A DNA stretch of 63,882 bases, filler included, from Octopus bimaculoides (taxonomy: Eukaryota), in NCBI RefSeq assembly GCF_001194135.2. It is 8 parts of 8 records of this genome, joined end to end, with 100 filler letters (N's around TTAATTAATTAA, not from the genome) between each part and the next. Parts side by side here need not be neighbours in the genome. Positions count along the whole stretch, not along the records: positions 1 to 20,522 come from NC_068998.1; 7 more parts are not named here. One strand, given 5' to 3'. How positions within the stretch are numbered: position 1 is the first letter of the stretch; each line of letters begins with the position of its first letter. Positions 1 through 13,269 of this stretch are shown piece by piece. Position numbers and translations under genes: made by a program. Under the pieces are notes generated by a model. It did no database searches. It was not told the origin of the DNA and saw only the letters and a program-made list of their open reading frames with translations.

Positions 1-46
<46 letters not shown>

Positions 47-361
47 GGCGCATGGCTCAGTGGTTAAAGTATTACACTCAAGATTGCGAGATCATGGGTT
101 CAATTCCTAGTCCGGGCGTTGCATTGTGTTCTTGAGCAAAACACTTCATTTCATATTGCTTGGCAATTGTTCCTTCATCTGAGATGTGGCACCCGTTGCA
201 CCTGTACAGGTAATGTCAATTTGATGGAGAGAATGAGCTTACGTGTACACAAACTTTTGATCACTATAAACAAATCATCTGTGTGGTTTTTTCATAAGAA
301 ATTGTTGGACCCTCGTACGTCGTATATATATGTATATATATTTATATATGCATATGTTATA

Positions 362-410
<49 letters not shown>

Positions 411-867
411 CATATACATGCTTATATGCATATATGCGAATAGATACATATATAGTTATGGACATTGGTGAACCGGATGGTTGCACCAGGCTCCAATCGG
501 AACTCTGCCAGATCAGATTGGAGCCTGGTGCAGCCATCCGGTTCACCAGTCCTCAGTCGAATCGTCCAACCCATGCTAGCATGGAAAGCAGACGTTAAAC
601 GATGATTATGATGATGATGATGAGGATACATACATACATGCATGCATGCATACATACACACACACATGCATACACACACATGTAAATATACATGTACACA
701 CACACATACAGACACACAACACATACTCACACATACACACACACATGCACTCAAGCAACTATAAATCATTGTGACCATTTGAAAATTAGGGAGTCTTCAT
801 CCATCTGTATACATCATTGCTGTGTTAGTGATTAATAATTTGGTAATTAGTCGCTACTAAACTATCT

Positions 868-1180
868 CCGTGGAGGCACATGGCATAGTGCTTAGAGCAA
901 CGAACTTGCGGTTGAGGGACCGCAGGTTCGAATCTCAGGCCGGGCGATGTGTGTGTTTATGAGCGAAACACCTGAGCTCCACGCAGCTCCAAGGCAGAAG
1001 GTAATGGCGAACCTCTGCTGACTCTTTCGCCACAGCTTTCTCTCACTCTTTCCTCCTACATCTAGCAGCTCACCTGCGACTGACGGGCGTCCCGTCCAGG
1101 TGGGCAACCTACACGCTAATGAAACCGGGGGAAACCCGGCCCTTACGAGCCAGGCATGGCTCGAGAAGATACAAACAATA
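868..1180 (+). mobile_element. tRNA-derived SINE (family C-related head, different tail)
   Basis: GGAGGCACATGGCATAGTGCTTAG...GGTTCGAATC head followed by the shared core GAGCGAAACACCTGAGCTCCAC. Confidence 0.75.
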
Positions 1181-1533
1181 AATCGTCTCCAGTCACTAAT
1201 TAGTACAATACTCACATATCTCATTATCACCAGTATTAATACTGCTGTTGATATTACTACTGCCGCTGACCCATCTAATTGTTGAGTACTGCTCTGTATG
1301 AAATAGTATTTAGCAGTGTTGTAAAATAGTAAAAGCTGTTGCTTACAACCCCCACCCCCCACCCCACTCTATCTAACTGGATAATATTTCTGTATTTTCT
1401 ATCACGAATACCTTCCCCCTTTCTGTATCTCTATGCATATGCACACACACACACACATACATGTATACATATATGCATCTATATACATACATACACACAC
1501 ACACACGTGTATACATATATGTATGTGTGTGTG

Positions 1534-1618
<85 letters not shown>

Positions 1619-2665
1619 ACACACATGTATATGTATGTCTACATACACATGGGTGTGTGTATGAATATATATATTGGAAGGTTTGGAGGTGGTGTACAGG
1701 AATTATATGTTAGANNNNNNNNNNNNNNNNNNNNNNNNNNNNNNNNNNNNNNNNNNNNNNNNNNNNNNNNNNNNNNNNNNNNNNNNNNNNNNNNNNNNNN
1801 NNNNNNNNNNNNNNCACACACACGCATATATGTACATGTACATGTGTTTTTGTGTGGCTGAATGGTGAAGGGATTTGGTTCAATTCCTATGCGAGGTATC
1901 CTGGGATCATATCTTTTTACAGTCTCTGGTAGCCCACAAATAAAATTGGGTAGATGGATTCAGTGCAAAAGCCCACCAGAGAAATTGTACTTGTAATTCT
2001 AAGGGTTACCATTTCTGTGGAATATTCAGTCACTTATGTAGCAGTTCAAAGAACTTTGTCATTCAGTTGATTGAGTAACTGGATATTCATTGTTGAAAAC
2101 TAAGTCAGGTCCATAATTTTGGATTACTTAATTGTGTGTGTATGTATGTATACTGTCTGGAAGCAGTAAAAGAGAATATATATAGATTTTTTGCCCCAAG
2201 TGATTAATTCTGAAAGTCTTGGAATTATCTTCTGTGTTTTTTTTTTGTTTTTTTTTTTGTTTGAGAGCTGCCAACTATTCTCACTAGATTTTTGTTTTCT
2301 ATTGCCAACTAAGTGGCAAATATAAGAATTTCTTTTTCTTTTTCTTCAGAATACAACATTCAGTACATCAGCATGTCACAATTATCAATTGACCTCATTT
2401 GAGTTATTTCCCTTTGCTCATATTTTTCTAAGTAATTATGTGAAATTTCACTGGCCCAAAAACTCCCTTCATAACTTTTTGTTTTTACTTTTAAAAAATC
2501 TCTGTGCCATGATCAAAGCAAACCTGAGAAAACTTTTGATAATGAGGTTTGATATGCCAGAAACATGTCTATAGTTATCATGATTGTTTCCCTTAAGTTT
2601 CAAAATTTGTAGCTTTTGTTGTAAAATTAATTCTTAATGACTCAAAATTATCTTCTTCTTTATAT

Positions 2666-2743
<78 letters not shown>

Positions 2744-3167
2744 ATATATATAGATATAAAGATATATATAAACTGTGAAAGATGCATGTTACACAGTAGC
2801 TGTCCTTGTTACGTGAAGTTCAGCCTTATTTCATCTCTTGTCTTACACCCTGGACAAGCAGTTTTACTGACCTTAACATTTTGTTTTTGTTGTATCATCC
2901 ATTTTTGTTAAATCAGAGTTGTCTTTAGTCATGACATTCGTCAGTCAGTTCAGTCATTTTCTTCCTGTTTTTTTTTTTTCTCTCTTTTTCTTTGTTTTGC
3001 TTGTTTGAACATGAAGTAATACTGAAAAGCAATACCTTAACTTACAATTATACACACACAGTCCAAACGTATCTCTGCTATACACAGCCCACATTCTACG
3101 CAAGATGATTTTTATTCTGTAGAATATATCTACACAATATACTTTCTGTATAGCTTCCACAACACAT

Positions 3168-3480
3168 GATCTATGCAATCACAACCCACTTTATATACAT
3201 ACTCTATGCAACTAGCAGCCATTCTATATACATATCCTATGCAGTCACAACCCACATCGTATACATACTCTATACAATCACCAACCACTCTATGCAATTA
3301 CGACCCACACTATATATGTACTCTATGCAAACACATCCTGTACAATATTCATACTCTATGCAATCATCACTAGCCACTCTATTCATAATCTATGCAACTA
3401 CGTCCCACACTGCATACATACACTATGCAACCACAGCCCACACTATACATACGCTATGCTATCACAACCCACAGGACATA
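3168..3480. repeat. Degenerate ~30-33-bp tandem repeat
   Basis: Repeated (A/C)TCTATGCAA.CACAACCCAC..TATACAT units. Confidence 0.7.
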
Positions 3481-3980
3481 CTTTTACTTAGGTGACACCT
3501 GATACTATAACACAATCCCAACTCCACTAGCGACTAATAATCTACTCAGCATAAACAAGACAGAATCACTAATCCACTGACACAAAAAACAACAAAAAAA
3601 CAAACATACACATCAACACATTACACATATTCTACACAAAACACAGAACTGATAAAACAGACCCCCACGACAATACTACGCAGATGTAGTATACAAATAC
3701 TCCCTATAAGATTCTGCTGCACACATCTCAGGAACATGTTGGTGTACTTGGAAGTGTAACAGAAAGCCGCATGAAACTGCTGAGATTGCTGTTATTGTGA
3801 TTATTGAGTTCAAATTCCACCAAGGTCCACTTTGCCCTTCATTTATTTTGGACTCAGTAAAATAAGGACCAGTTGAGCCCCGAGATCAATGTAAACGACT
3901 TGCCCCTCCCTTCAAAATTACTGGCCATGTGCTTATAGGAAATAGGATTAGGATTATTATTATTATTATTATTATTATTA

Positions 3981-4197
3981 AGGTGATGAGCTGGCAGAAT
4001 CGTTAGCACACCAGGCAAAATGCTTAGCGGTATTTGTTTGTTGCTACGATCAGAGTTCAAATTCCGCCAAGGTCGACTTTGTCTTTAATCCTTTTGGGGT
4101 TGACAAATTAATTAGCAGTGAAAACACTGGGGTTGATGTAATCGACTTGTCCCCTCCCCCAAAATTTCAGGCCTTGTGCCTACAGTAGAAAGGATCA

Positions 4198-4200
<3 letters not shown>
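3981..4200 (+). mobile_element. tRNA-derived SINE, family B, with (TTA)n tail
   Basis: AAGG(C/T)GG(C/T)GAGCTGGCAGAATCGTTAGCAC...GAGTTCAAATTCC head. Copies also at ~4233, 6166, 17635, 22535, 26712, 62460 (+) and 7090-7260, 36385-36519, 47040-47312, 59800-60212 (-). Confidence 0.85.
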
Positions 4201-4233
<33 letters not shown>

Positions 4234-6512
4234 GGGTGGTGAGTTGGCAGAAATGTCAGTGTTGGACAAAATGCCTTGCAATGTTTCTTCTGACTTAACC
4301 CTACATTATGAGTTCAAATCCTACTGAGGTCAACTTTGCCGTACATCCTTTTTTTTTTGGGGGGGGGCAATAGATTTAAGTACAAGTCNNNNNNNNNNNN
4401 NNNNNNNNNNNNNNNNNNNNNNNNNNNNNNNNNNNNNNNNNNNNNNNNNNNNNNNNNNNNNNNNNNNNNNNNNNNNNNNNNNNNNNNNNNNNNNNNNNNN
4501 NNNNNNNNNNNNNNNNNNNNNNNNNNNNNNNNNNNNNNNNNNNNNNNNNNNNNNNNNNNNNNNNNNNNNNNNNNNNNNNNNNNNNNNNNNNNNNNNNNNN
4601 NNNNNNNNNNNNNNNNNNNNNNNNNNNNNNNNNNNNNNNNNNNNNNNNNNNNNNNNNNNNNNNNNNNNNNNNNNNNNNNNNNNNNNNNNNNNNNNNNNNN
4701 NNNNNNNNNNNNNNNNNNNNNNNNNNNNNNNNNNNNNNNNNNNNNNNNNNNNNNNNNNNNNNNNNNNNNNNNNNNNNNNNNNNNNNNNNNTTTTTTGTTT
4801 TACCTGTCATGATTGTTTGAATTTATTTCAGTCTACTCTGAGGAATTTTAACCTCCTCCTCACCTCCCTCCAAAGAGGGTTTGTATTATATTTGGGGGAA
4901 AAAATAATAATAAAAAAAAAAGAAAATGAATGATAAAAAATAATAATGGGTTGAATAAAGACAAAATTCTGCAAAATATTTCATGCTTTATTGTTTATTT
5001 ATTCATTTAGATATATTTTCATATTGTGGAGTTGCATGTCCTAGTGGTTAGGGCACTGAACTCATGATCGTTGATTTGTGGATTCAGTCCCTAGACTGGG
5101 TGGTGCATTGTGTTTTTGAGCAAAACACTTCATTTCACATTGATGAGCGAGTGGCAGAATCATCGATGCTATATTTTCTGGGTCTCTACATTCTGAGTTT
5201 AACTCCCACTTGCCAGGAGAAGCCAATGGGAAACCACTCCAGTATTTATCTTAGGTCTAGTCACGGTTGCTGAAGTTCCAGCAATCTGGTGAACGGTGGC
5301 AGGGGAGGGCATGGGCCTTCCTATGTTATATAGAGTGATAGATAAGGTTCACATGCACAGGCCCTGCCCAAGGACCCCCACTAGATTAAGCTAGATATTT
5401 TCATATTCTGTTGACAATAGAATTTTATAAGCTTTCAAGAGAATAAGAAATTATTTTTTTTTTCGAATATTGGCTCTTGAAGCACATCATGTGAAGCTTT
5501 TGACTTTTTCTATCAAAAAATGGTTTTCATCCCAATATTTATATGCTGTTATTTACAGCTTTGTGTGATGTGCTTCAAAATCGAATGTTAAAAAAAAAAC
5601 CCCAATTATTTTTTCATATTCAGTGATTTGATCATAGTTATTTATGGTAACACAATTCATCACAAGCATTTGTAAACATTGGAGCAATGCTCAAATCTGA
5701 CAAGGAAAGGCAGAGGCAACAATGTGGAGAAGAAGCGATTCAACCTGGAGCAACTCCTTGATTATCCTGTCAAGTAACATTACTCCATATCAAATGAAAT
5801 TTGTAACCTAAAAAGACTGCTTCACCAAGAGCTACAACTTACCGACTCCTTATTTGCTGCTCATCAGCGTCCACCGAATGATGTACAAACACTGTTGTTT
5901 GTGGTCTTTCTATATTACTGGGGGTTTGTACATATATGATGATATTCAGTGGAGATCGGATGCTACAGTGTTTTATCACATAATATCACCATTTCTTCTA
6001 CTTTTTTTTTTTTTTACAATGGAGAGAAGAATTTAATAGTTGATAATGTTGTAAATAATTTCCTAAATCGTTATTTCAGTATTCTAAATATATTTATATA
6101 TAAATATAATTTTTAAAATAATGAAGAATTTAATGAAATACCTATTCATTATGAAACAGGTGTTTAAGGCGGCGAGCTGGCAGAATCGTTAACGCGCCGG
6201 GCAAAATGCTTAACTGTATTTCGTCTGTCCTTATGTTCTGATTTCAAATTCCACCGCGATCGACTTTGCCTTTCATCCCATTTGGGGTCGATAAAATAAG
6301 CACCAGTTGGGCACTGGGGTTGATGACCTTGTGGCAAAATCTACAATCATTATTAAATTGATGCTTGTCGCAGAAATTCACATGAAGTTTTGATAGAACC
6401 AAGGAGAATCGTTGAAGGGGCAGTCCGAAAAGGGTTAAACAGGGGAGATAAGGCTCACTAGACAGAACGAAAAAAAATCTTGAAGGGAGAGAAATGATTG
6501 TCGTTAAAAATC

Positions 6513-6657
6513 ATATCCAAGGGAGATAAGTAAGTGTATATCTGCGTTTCGCCTCAGAACAGCTTTGTTTGATCAAATCGATACAAAGAAGTTCCAACCG
6601 TCTTTGATTTAAAACGAAACAACAGCATAGACGTACTGATTTATCTCCCTTGGATAT
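6513..6657. mobile_element. Small MITE-like element, perfect 17-bp inverted repeat
   Basis: ATATCCAAGGGAGATAA (6513-6529) and TTATCTCCCTTGGATAT (6641-6657). Confidence 0.55.
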
Positions 6658-6928
6658 ACACTCGGCTGAATTTCGAGTTAAAGTCACAAACGTTGTGAGA
6701 GAATTGGCTGACTATTTCAAAACCAAATCCCTCGTTAAGTAATTAAAAGTAGACGTGAAAATGATTGTGACAAATTGATATTTTAGAACTAGAAATCCAC
6801 AGATAGGCAAGGTGAGATGGCTACCATCGAACACACACACACACACACACGCACGCACGCACGCACGCACGCATGCATGCATGCATACATACATACACTA
6901 AAGGCTTCTCTACAATATGGAGGAGGAA

Positions 6929-6975
<47 letters not shown>

Positions 6976-7592
6976 TATATACATACACACAATGATATTA
7001 AATATAATTTCTATTAGTGGCACAGCACCGTAAATTTTTAGTGATCAGAGGAGAAATATCTCCATTTTGGTGATTGTCATCGAGACTGGCTTTTGTTTTT
7101 TGGACAACGTAAAAATGGAAAGCAAAGTCAACCACAGACGGACTCGAGCCCAGAAATATGAAGTTAGGTAGCTAAATACCGCCAGCAAACCATTTGGTCT
7201 GTGCTCTACAAGTTTTACCGATCCGCTATCGTTGATGTTGGATATGTGTCAATAACGACACAGTAATTCAAGTATAAGACGTCCTGACACAATTGTTTTG
7301 GTACTGATTATTTCAAGTTGTTAATACGACTACGATCTATTTGGCATCAGACGTTTTTATCTCTCTCTCTCTCTGTCTCTCTCTTTCTCTCTCTCACTCG
7401 CTCCCTTCCTCGCTGTCTCTCACTCTCTGAGATATATTTCTCTTTATTTCTATGAGGAGAAAGTAAGTGTTAATTGTTTTCAATTGATAAATTGTAATGT
7501 TTGTTTCTCCCTCTCCATTTGTGTGTGTAACCATCTAGTTATGTTTGTATGTGTAATCTCTCTCTCTGTTTCTCCCTGTCTCTCTCTCTCTG

Positions 7593-7626
<34 letters not shown>

Positions 7627-7931
7627 TCTCTCTTTCTCTGTGAGTATAGTTTTCTCTATGTGTATGAGGAGAGGGAAAGTATTTGTGTCAATAATGCTCA
7701 AGTAATACACTGTCATGTCTCTCCCCCTTTCTCTCACTGTCTCTGTGTGTAAATTTCTGCGCACACGTGCGGTGGCGTGCCTTTGTCACCAGTGCCAAAA
7801 AGTACCGTCGCCAAAACGGGTTCAATGTCCAGTCAGTCACGGCAAATCGTTAGTGTCCGATCAGCCACGCCATATCGTCTTATTTCGCAATGATGTCGAC
7901 CATGCTGATGACAACAGTCACAACTCTTCCA

Positions 7932-8050
7932 TCAATGTTTCTGGTATGGTATAAAGGCCTCCGAGAGGAACAAGGTACCGCTCAAGAGAAGACCGACACC
8001 GTTCAAAATGAATTCGGGGTTGTATGAACCAGTGACGTCACGAAGATAAC
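7932..8050 (-). CDS. SLC16/MCT-family transporter, last coding exon (G-YLRDVTGSYNPEFILNGVGLLLSGTLFLSEAFIPYQKH*)
   Basis: Acceptor ttcattattcaacAG at 8052-8051, phase 1 matching the upstream exon. GYLRDVTGSY is the typical MCT TM11-12 loop motif (G.L.D.TGSY). TGA at 7934-7932. Confidence 0.9.
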
Positions 8051-8773
8051 CTGTTGAATAATGAAAAATATAACAATCGTTATAAACAAAATAGAAAAAA
8101 AAAAGACACGGAACGTATTGAGAATAGATATACAAATCATAATTTCGAATCTCGCTGTACACAACGCAAATAACGATTATTTTTATCGGTTGGTAGATAT
8201 CAACTGCAATCAAGAAGTAGAATGTTTGTTGAAATTCTAAACAAAATCACAGGTTCTCGTTTAAGCTAAAGGGTCCCAGAGTGCCTTCTGACTGACGTAT
8301 CACATGTCGAAACACTGGTGTCTCAGATCTCCTCGCAACAATGAGCTGTCTATGTTATGAACACATTGTCGTCGTAAAAAGGAATTGTTCTCCAGTGACG
8401 TATACAACAGCGATTACCATATTTGCGTTTGAAGGAAGGTGTTAAGAATGAATAAACTGGCACTCCGCCGATTACGACGATGCGTATTCCAGTTGATCCG
8501 ATCAACGCAACAGCCTACTTGTGAATTCAATTAATATATATATTTTAATATGACTCTGTCGAAATTTTTTATGTGTGAGTTCAATGTCTGACGAAGATAA
8601 AATATCTAGAATCTTGAACTGTTAGTAAATAACTTCAACTGAGAATTGACACTAAAATGTAATTTCGAGTCATAGGAGTTTAGCTCCTGATTTTCATGTT
8701 AAAAGCTTGAATTAGAAAAAAAATGCTCAAAACGAAGAAAGTGAAGATATAACACATAAGATCAAATATTTAC

Positions 8774-9963
8774 CTGCAAAAGGATATGCTATGGTTGCCA
8801 ATATCCCTGCGCCTAATATTACCAAACCGACTGCCTCCGAGATTCTTTGAGCTCCAATAAAATCCACCATGACTGTGTTCGAGATGGAAAAATATATACC
8901 ACTGGAGATTCCATAACAGGCGCAATACATTGCGAACAGAAAGAATTTGGTATAGAATGATACAAAGCAAGCAGCAACTCCATGAATGATGAGGATAACG
9001 CCAAGCAGTCGACCTCGGTTCAAAAACTTTCGATCAGCCAAGAAAACCATGAGCAGACGACCCACAAAATCGCCTGCACCAGAAATTGTTAGAAAAAGAA
9101 TTCCATCGTAAGAAGACAATCCTAAGTCGACCGAATGAGCTGGGAAAAATGTTTGGGGTATAGAGNNNNNNNNNNNNNNNNNNNNNNNNNNNNNNNNNNN
9201 NNNNNNNNNNNNNNNNNNNNNNNNNNNNNNNNNNNNNNNNNNNNNNNNNNNNNNNNNNNNNNNNNNNNNNNNNNNNNNNNNNNNNNNNNNNNNNNNNNNN
9301 NNNNNNNNNNNNNNNNNNNNNNNNNNNNNNNNNNNNNNNNNNNNNNNNNNNNNNNNNNNNNNNNNNNNNNNNNNNNNNNNNNNNNNNNNNNNNNNNNNNN
9401 NNNNNNNNNNNNNNNNNNNNNNNNNNNNNNNNNNNNNNNNNNNNNNNNNNNNNNNNNNNNNNNNNNNNNACTTTTGTCACAGTCTTTTCCATTAGGTCTT
9501 GCGTTAACTACAAGAGTCGGGTTGCTTGGTTCAACTGATTGTAAGTTAATATTTCCACAGCCATCTCTGTCTTTTGAGTCTGTCAAAAACGGAGAGATTT
9601 CTCCGTCATCGTCTGATTGTTGTTTTATCGATTCGGTTTGTTTTCCTCCTTTAACAGTCGTATTTTTTTCTTTTAGTTCTATATCAGTAGAACTGATGAC
9701 TTTCAAATGTGTTGTTGTATCGTAGCAACTGATGGGACGTAGAAGGGCGCCAAAAACAAGGCATTGTAGATAAATACCAGCATTCAGAAGAAGAGCTCCG
9801 CGGACTCCGTAGGTTATTATAAGGTAGTTGAGTACATACGGAAGGACGAATTGTCCGACGCTAACTCCACAAGCAGCTATTGCATTTGCTGTGCCAAGGT
9901 AGCGTTTAAAGTAGGTACTTTGTACAACTATGCAAGATCCATATACAAAAGCACGTCCAGTTC
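8774..9963 (-). CDS. SLC16/MCT-family transporter, large internal exon (TM4-TM11 and central loop), interrupted by N gap 9166-9469
   Basis: Acceptor ttctgattctAG 9965-9964; donor GCAG|GTAAAT at 8773. Encodes STYFKRYLGTANAIAACG (MCT YF.K(R)..LA.G.A motif), GALLLNAG..Q..V.GALLRP, and IPQTFFPAHSVDLGLSSYDGILFLTISGAGDFVGRLL. The reading frame differs across the gap, consistent with an inexact gap size. Confidence 0.9.
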
Positions 9964-10915
9964 CTAGAATCAGAAAGAAAAAGAAAGAGGAAAGAAAAAA
10001 AAGATATTTAATATTACAATTGTGGTTAATTATGAATATGAAAATGGCTAAACAGGATATATATATATATCCTATATATATATATATCCTATANNNNNNN
10101 NNNNNNNNNNNNNNNNNNNNNNNNNNNNNNNNNNNNNNNNNNNNNNNNNNNNNNNNNNNNNNNNNNNNNNNNNNNNNNNNTATATATCGGCAGGGAGAGT
10201 ACAAAAGTTTAAATCGATAACTTGACCAGGCTGTGACTCTCATAGTTTCTGATCTTAATTGATTAGAGGTATTATAATGTATATGTTCTGTCTCGGTGTA
10301 AAATATGGGCTACAGTAAATATTATGCTCAACACCACAGACTTGCTTATCAGTTGTTTGACCTTAACCAGTCGAGCATGTTCCTTATTGGCTGACGATGC
10401 GTGCACCTCTAATCACGATCAGGAGTAGTACGGGAGTATCATAGCCATGTAGTGAGAGGGATTCTTTGCGGTTTGAATAATTCACCACAGGAAGCAACAA
10501 CAACGACGACGACAATAATATCAGCTATGATCAAGATACGTCGCAAATGGTTGCTCTTTCTCTACCTTTTGGCAAATGTCTTCCAGATACTTGTCGTTAA
10601 AATGTGTGCTCTTGTGTCTAAGATGTTGAGCATTAATATGAAACAATTTAGTTGATAAGTGAAGTAACTCCTTAATTATACAGCCATGTCTTTGCTATCG
10701 GAGGCCGTATACCAAAGGAAAGAGCAGTGAGTTGTGATGAGTCATGATTGTTTCGTATTAAGGTACACCAGAAGTCCATTCTGCTGCAAACATTCAGACC
10801 ATGCTTTCGGTCTGAGGATATGTCTCCCTTCCTCGCGCAAACCTTGGAGGTTGTGGAAAGGACAACAGCCACAACTCTCCTTAACTTACTAAATTTAGAC
10901 TAACAAATTACTTAC

Positions 10916-11059
10916 CGTTAAATATATGAAAGAAGGGCAGCCAAAATACATTTTTGGTAAGAAAATCACAGATAAAAGTCAGCGCACTCAGAACAGAACC
11001 ACAGAGGACAAATGTTCTGAATGAAATGAATTTGGCCAGAAAGTTCATCGCTAGAAATC
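10916..11059 (-). CDS. SLC16/MCT-family transporter, internal exon (G-FLAMNFLAKFISFRTFVLCGSVLSALTFICDFLTKNVFWLPFFHIFN-G), TM3-TM4
   Basis: Acceptor ttatgttcttttctAG (11061-11060), donor G|GTAAGT (10915). 144 nt, phase 1/1, open and hydrophobic; fills exactly the missing TM3-4 segment. Absent from the ORF track. Confidence 0.85.
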
Positions 11060-11399
11060 CTAGAAAAGAACATAAAAGAGTGAAGTATGCATCTTTGTTA
11101 TGACCAAACTGTTGTGTTACGTGTCATATCTGTAATGTCTTATGCGTTATACAAAGTGTTCCAGAATTAACTAGCTGTTTCAATGAAATTGAGCAAATTT
11201 CACACAAAAAAAAAAACAAAAAAAAAACTGACAGAATTTTATGTTAATTACCAAAACAAATAGATTTATAAATCTTACGTCAAACTTGTATTGAAAATGT
11301 TCAACATGTCTGTATCCCTGCAGACTTCAAATCTCTCCTTAGCGTTATGAAACACATTTAGAAGCATGTCAGGAGTTTTATATGTATAGCTATTCTTAC

Positions 11400-11543
11400 C
11401 TGTTAAACAACTTGCTACATGTTCAGCGCTCAGAATTGTTGATATGGCCGATGAAGATGCATTGAACATTTGCAGAATCTCAATGAAAAAAATGCCAAAA
11501 CTCCGACTGTTACCCATCACAAGAATCATTAATGTTGTCGTAG
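11400..11543 (-). CDS. SLC16/MCT-family transporter, internal exon (A-TTTLMILVMGNSRSFGIFFIEILQMFNASSSAISTILSAEHVASCLT-G), TM1-TM2
   Basis: Acceptor ttgtttgcAG (11545-11544), donor CAG|GTAAGA (11399). 144 nt, phase 1/1; SFGIFF.E....F.AS is the MCT TM1 pattern. The upstream exon with the start codon and DGGWGW-type motif was not found. Confidence 0.85.
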
Positions 11544-13269
11544 CTGCAAACAACCACAAGAAAAATAGTTTAAAAAAAAAAAACCTTTATCTTTTTGGTT
11601 TTCATAAATTCAAACATGTTATATGTTATTCATTTATGTTTCTAAATTTCTTATAGAAATTTCGAAATAATTTCTTAAAATTTTCCCATTAATTGTATGT
11701 TTTCTCGATTGTCAGCCATCGTCTGTCTATCTTAAATTATGTACAGAAATATCTGATGCCAGTCTCCTCAGTATCACCAGAGCCCACAATCTGGATTCGT
11801 TGTTTAAAAACCCTTTTTTACTTGTTTTAGTCGTTGGACTGCGGCCATGCTGGAACACCACCTTGAAAAGTTTAGTCGGACAAATTGACTATAGTAATTT
11901 TTTTTTTTCAGTCTGTTTTTTTTTTCTTTTTGTCTGAATTGCCATGTTGCAGATACAAACAAATCAAAACCAGTTGTCCAGCGATGGTGTGACAAACATG
12001 AACACACACACATACAAACCCACAATCTGAATCTTAGCTCAATTTGAGCACTTCAATTATAGCCTGTTTCTGAGTATTATAATATGAACAAACTCAGTTT
12101 ATAAAAGAAGTACAGTTTACATACATACATACGTTGTATATATGTGTGTGTGGTTTAAAAGATAACTTCTCAACCTTGTGGTTCTGGTTCCACTGGTTCC
12201 ACTGGGCAAATGTCTTCTACTAAAGGCCCTGGATAACCAGAGCCTTGTAAGTAGATTTGGTATTCAAAAACTGAAAGAAGTATGTCACAATTATAGATGT
12301 TTCTCTGTGTGTGTGTGTGTGTGTGTACGCGCACGCGCGTGTGATTCTGTTTCGTCTTAATGTTGCTAATTATAAATAGGTGTTACCACCATGACAAACA
12401 ACATTGTTCTTTTCCAATCTTCTGTGAAGAGCACATCTAATCACGGGGCATCATTAGCTTGATTGGTAGTCAGGTGAGTGCAGGTGTTCACAAGTGACAT
12501 CCAGCTGAGGAAAATCTGCCACAATTAATTCCATTTAGTCCATGAAAGTATGGAAAAGGGAGTATTATTGTTTTACTGTAAGAAAAGCACTGTTGAAGTG
12601 TTAAGTAAAATTTGGCAATCGAGGATTGAATCCACGCTATGCCTGCATGAAGCCACTACAAATACGCTGTGGAATAAAAAATTTATCTACTGTCATGGAA
12701 AAAGTGTAACTGTAAAAATGCAGAATCGGAGTAATGGGCATTCAAAAAAGGATGCATGTATAGAAATGCATGAATGAAGTCTTTAAGGTTTAAGATTCAA
12801 ATGAAGGAAGTGCAATAATAATGTTTAGCAGTTCAAAACTCTGAGTAGTGAAATGCAGAATTAGGTTGACTGATCATGAGAATCAAATATTAATCGCTTC
12901 ATTAAAAACTGCAGATGGTATGGGTTATTTCCCCTGGGTTGTTTGAATAAAATATTAGTAATATGTAGAAGACAGAAGGATTCATTGGAAGAGCCCTATT
13001 ATTGATTTTTTTTTCAACAATCTAAGTATGTCACAAGGTTTCATGAGTTTTACTCACATTTCAAATAAAGTATAAAAGTGATATTGCCTGCAAAAATTAG
13101 AAATAGGACACAAAAAAATCAATGTTCAAAGTAATTGAACATAAACAATGAAATGGGTTATTTGCCTTGAGTGTTTAAAAAAATATTGAACAGGTGCTAT
13201 GGGTTATTTCCCTTGGGTTAAGTAGGAAGGTAGACAAAACACACACCCCTTCAGGTAGATGGCCCTGCT

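Noticed and set aside
46-130. tRNA genes at A/B-box-like heads throughout the window
   Set aside because: The heads run into shared SINE bodies and do not form complete cloverleaves.
2350-2431. Strong plus-strand acceptor followed by NTTFSTSACHNYQLTSFELFPFAHIFL as a possible CTL1 exon
   Set aside because: Only vague resemblance to CTL1, a weak donor, and no partner exons.
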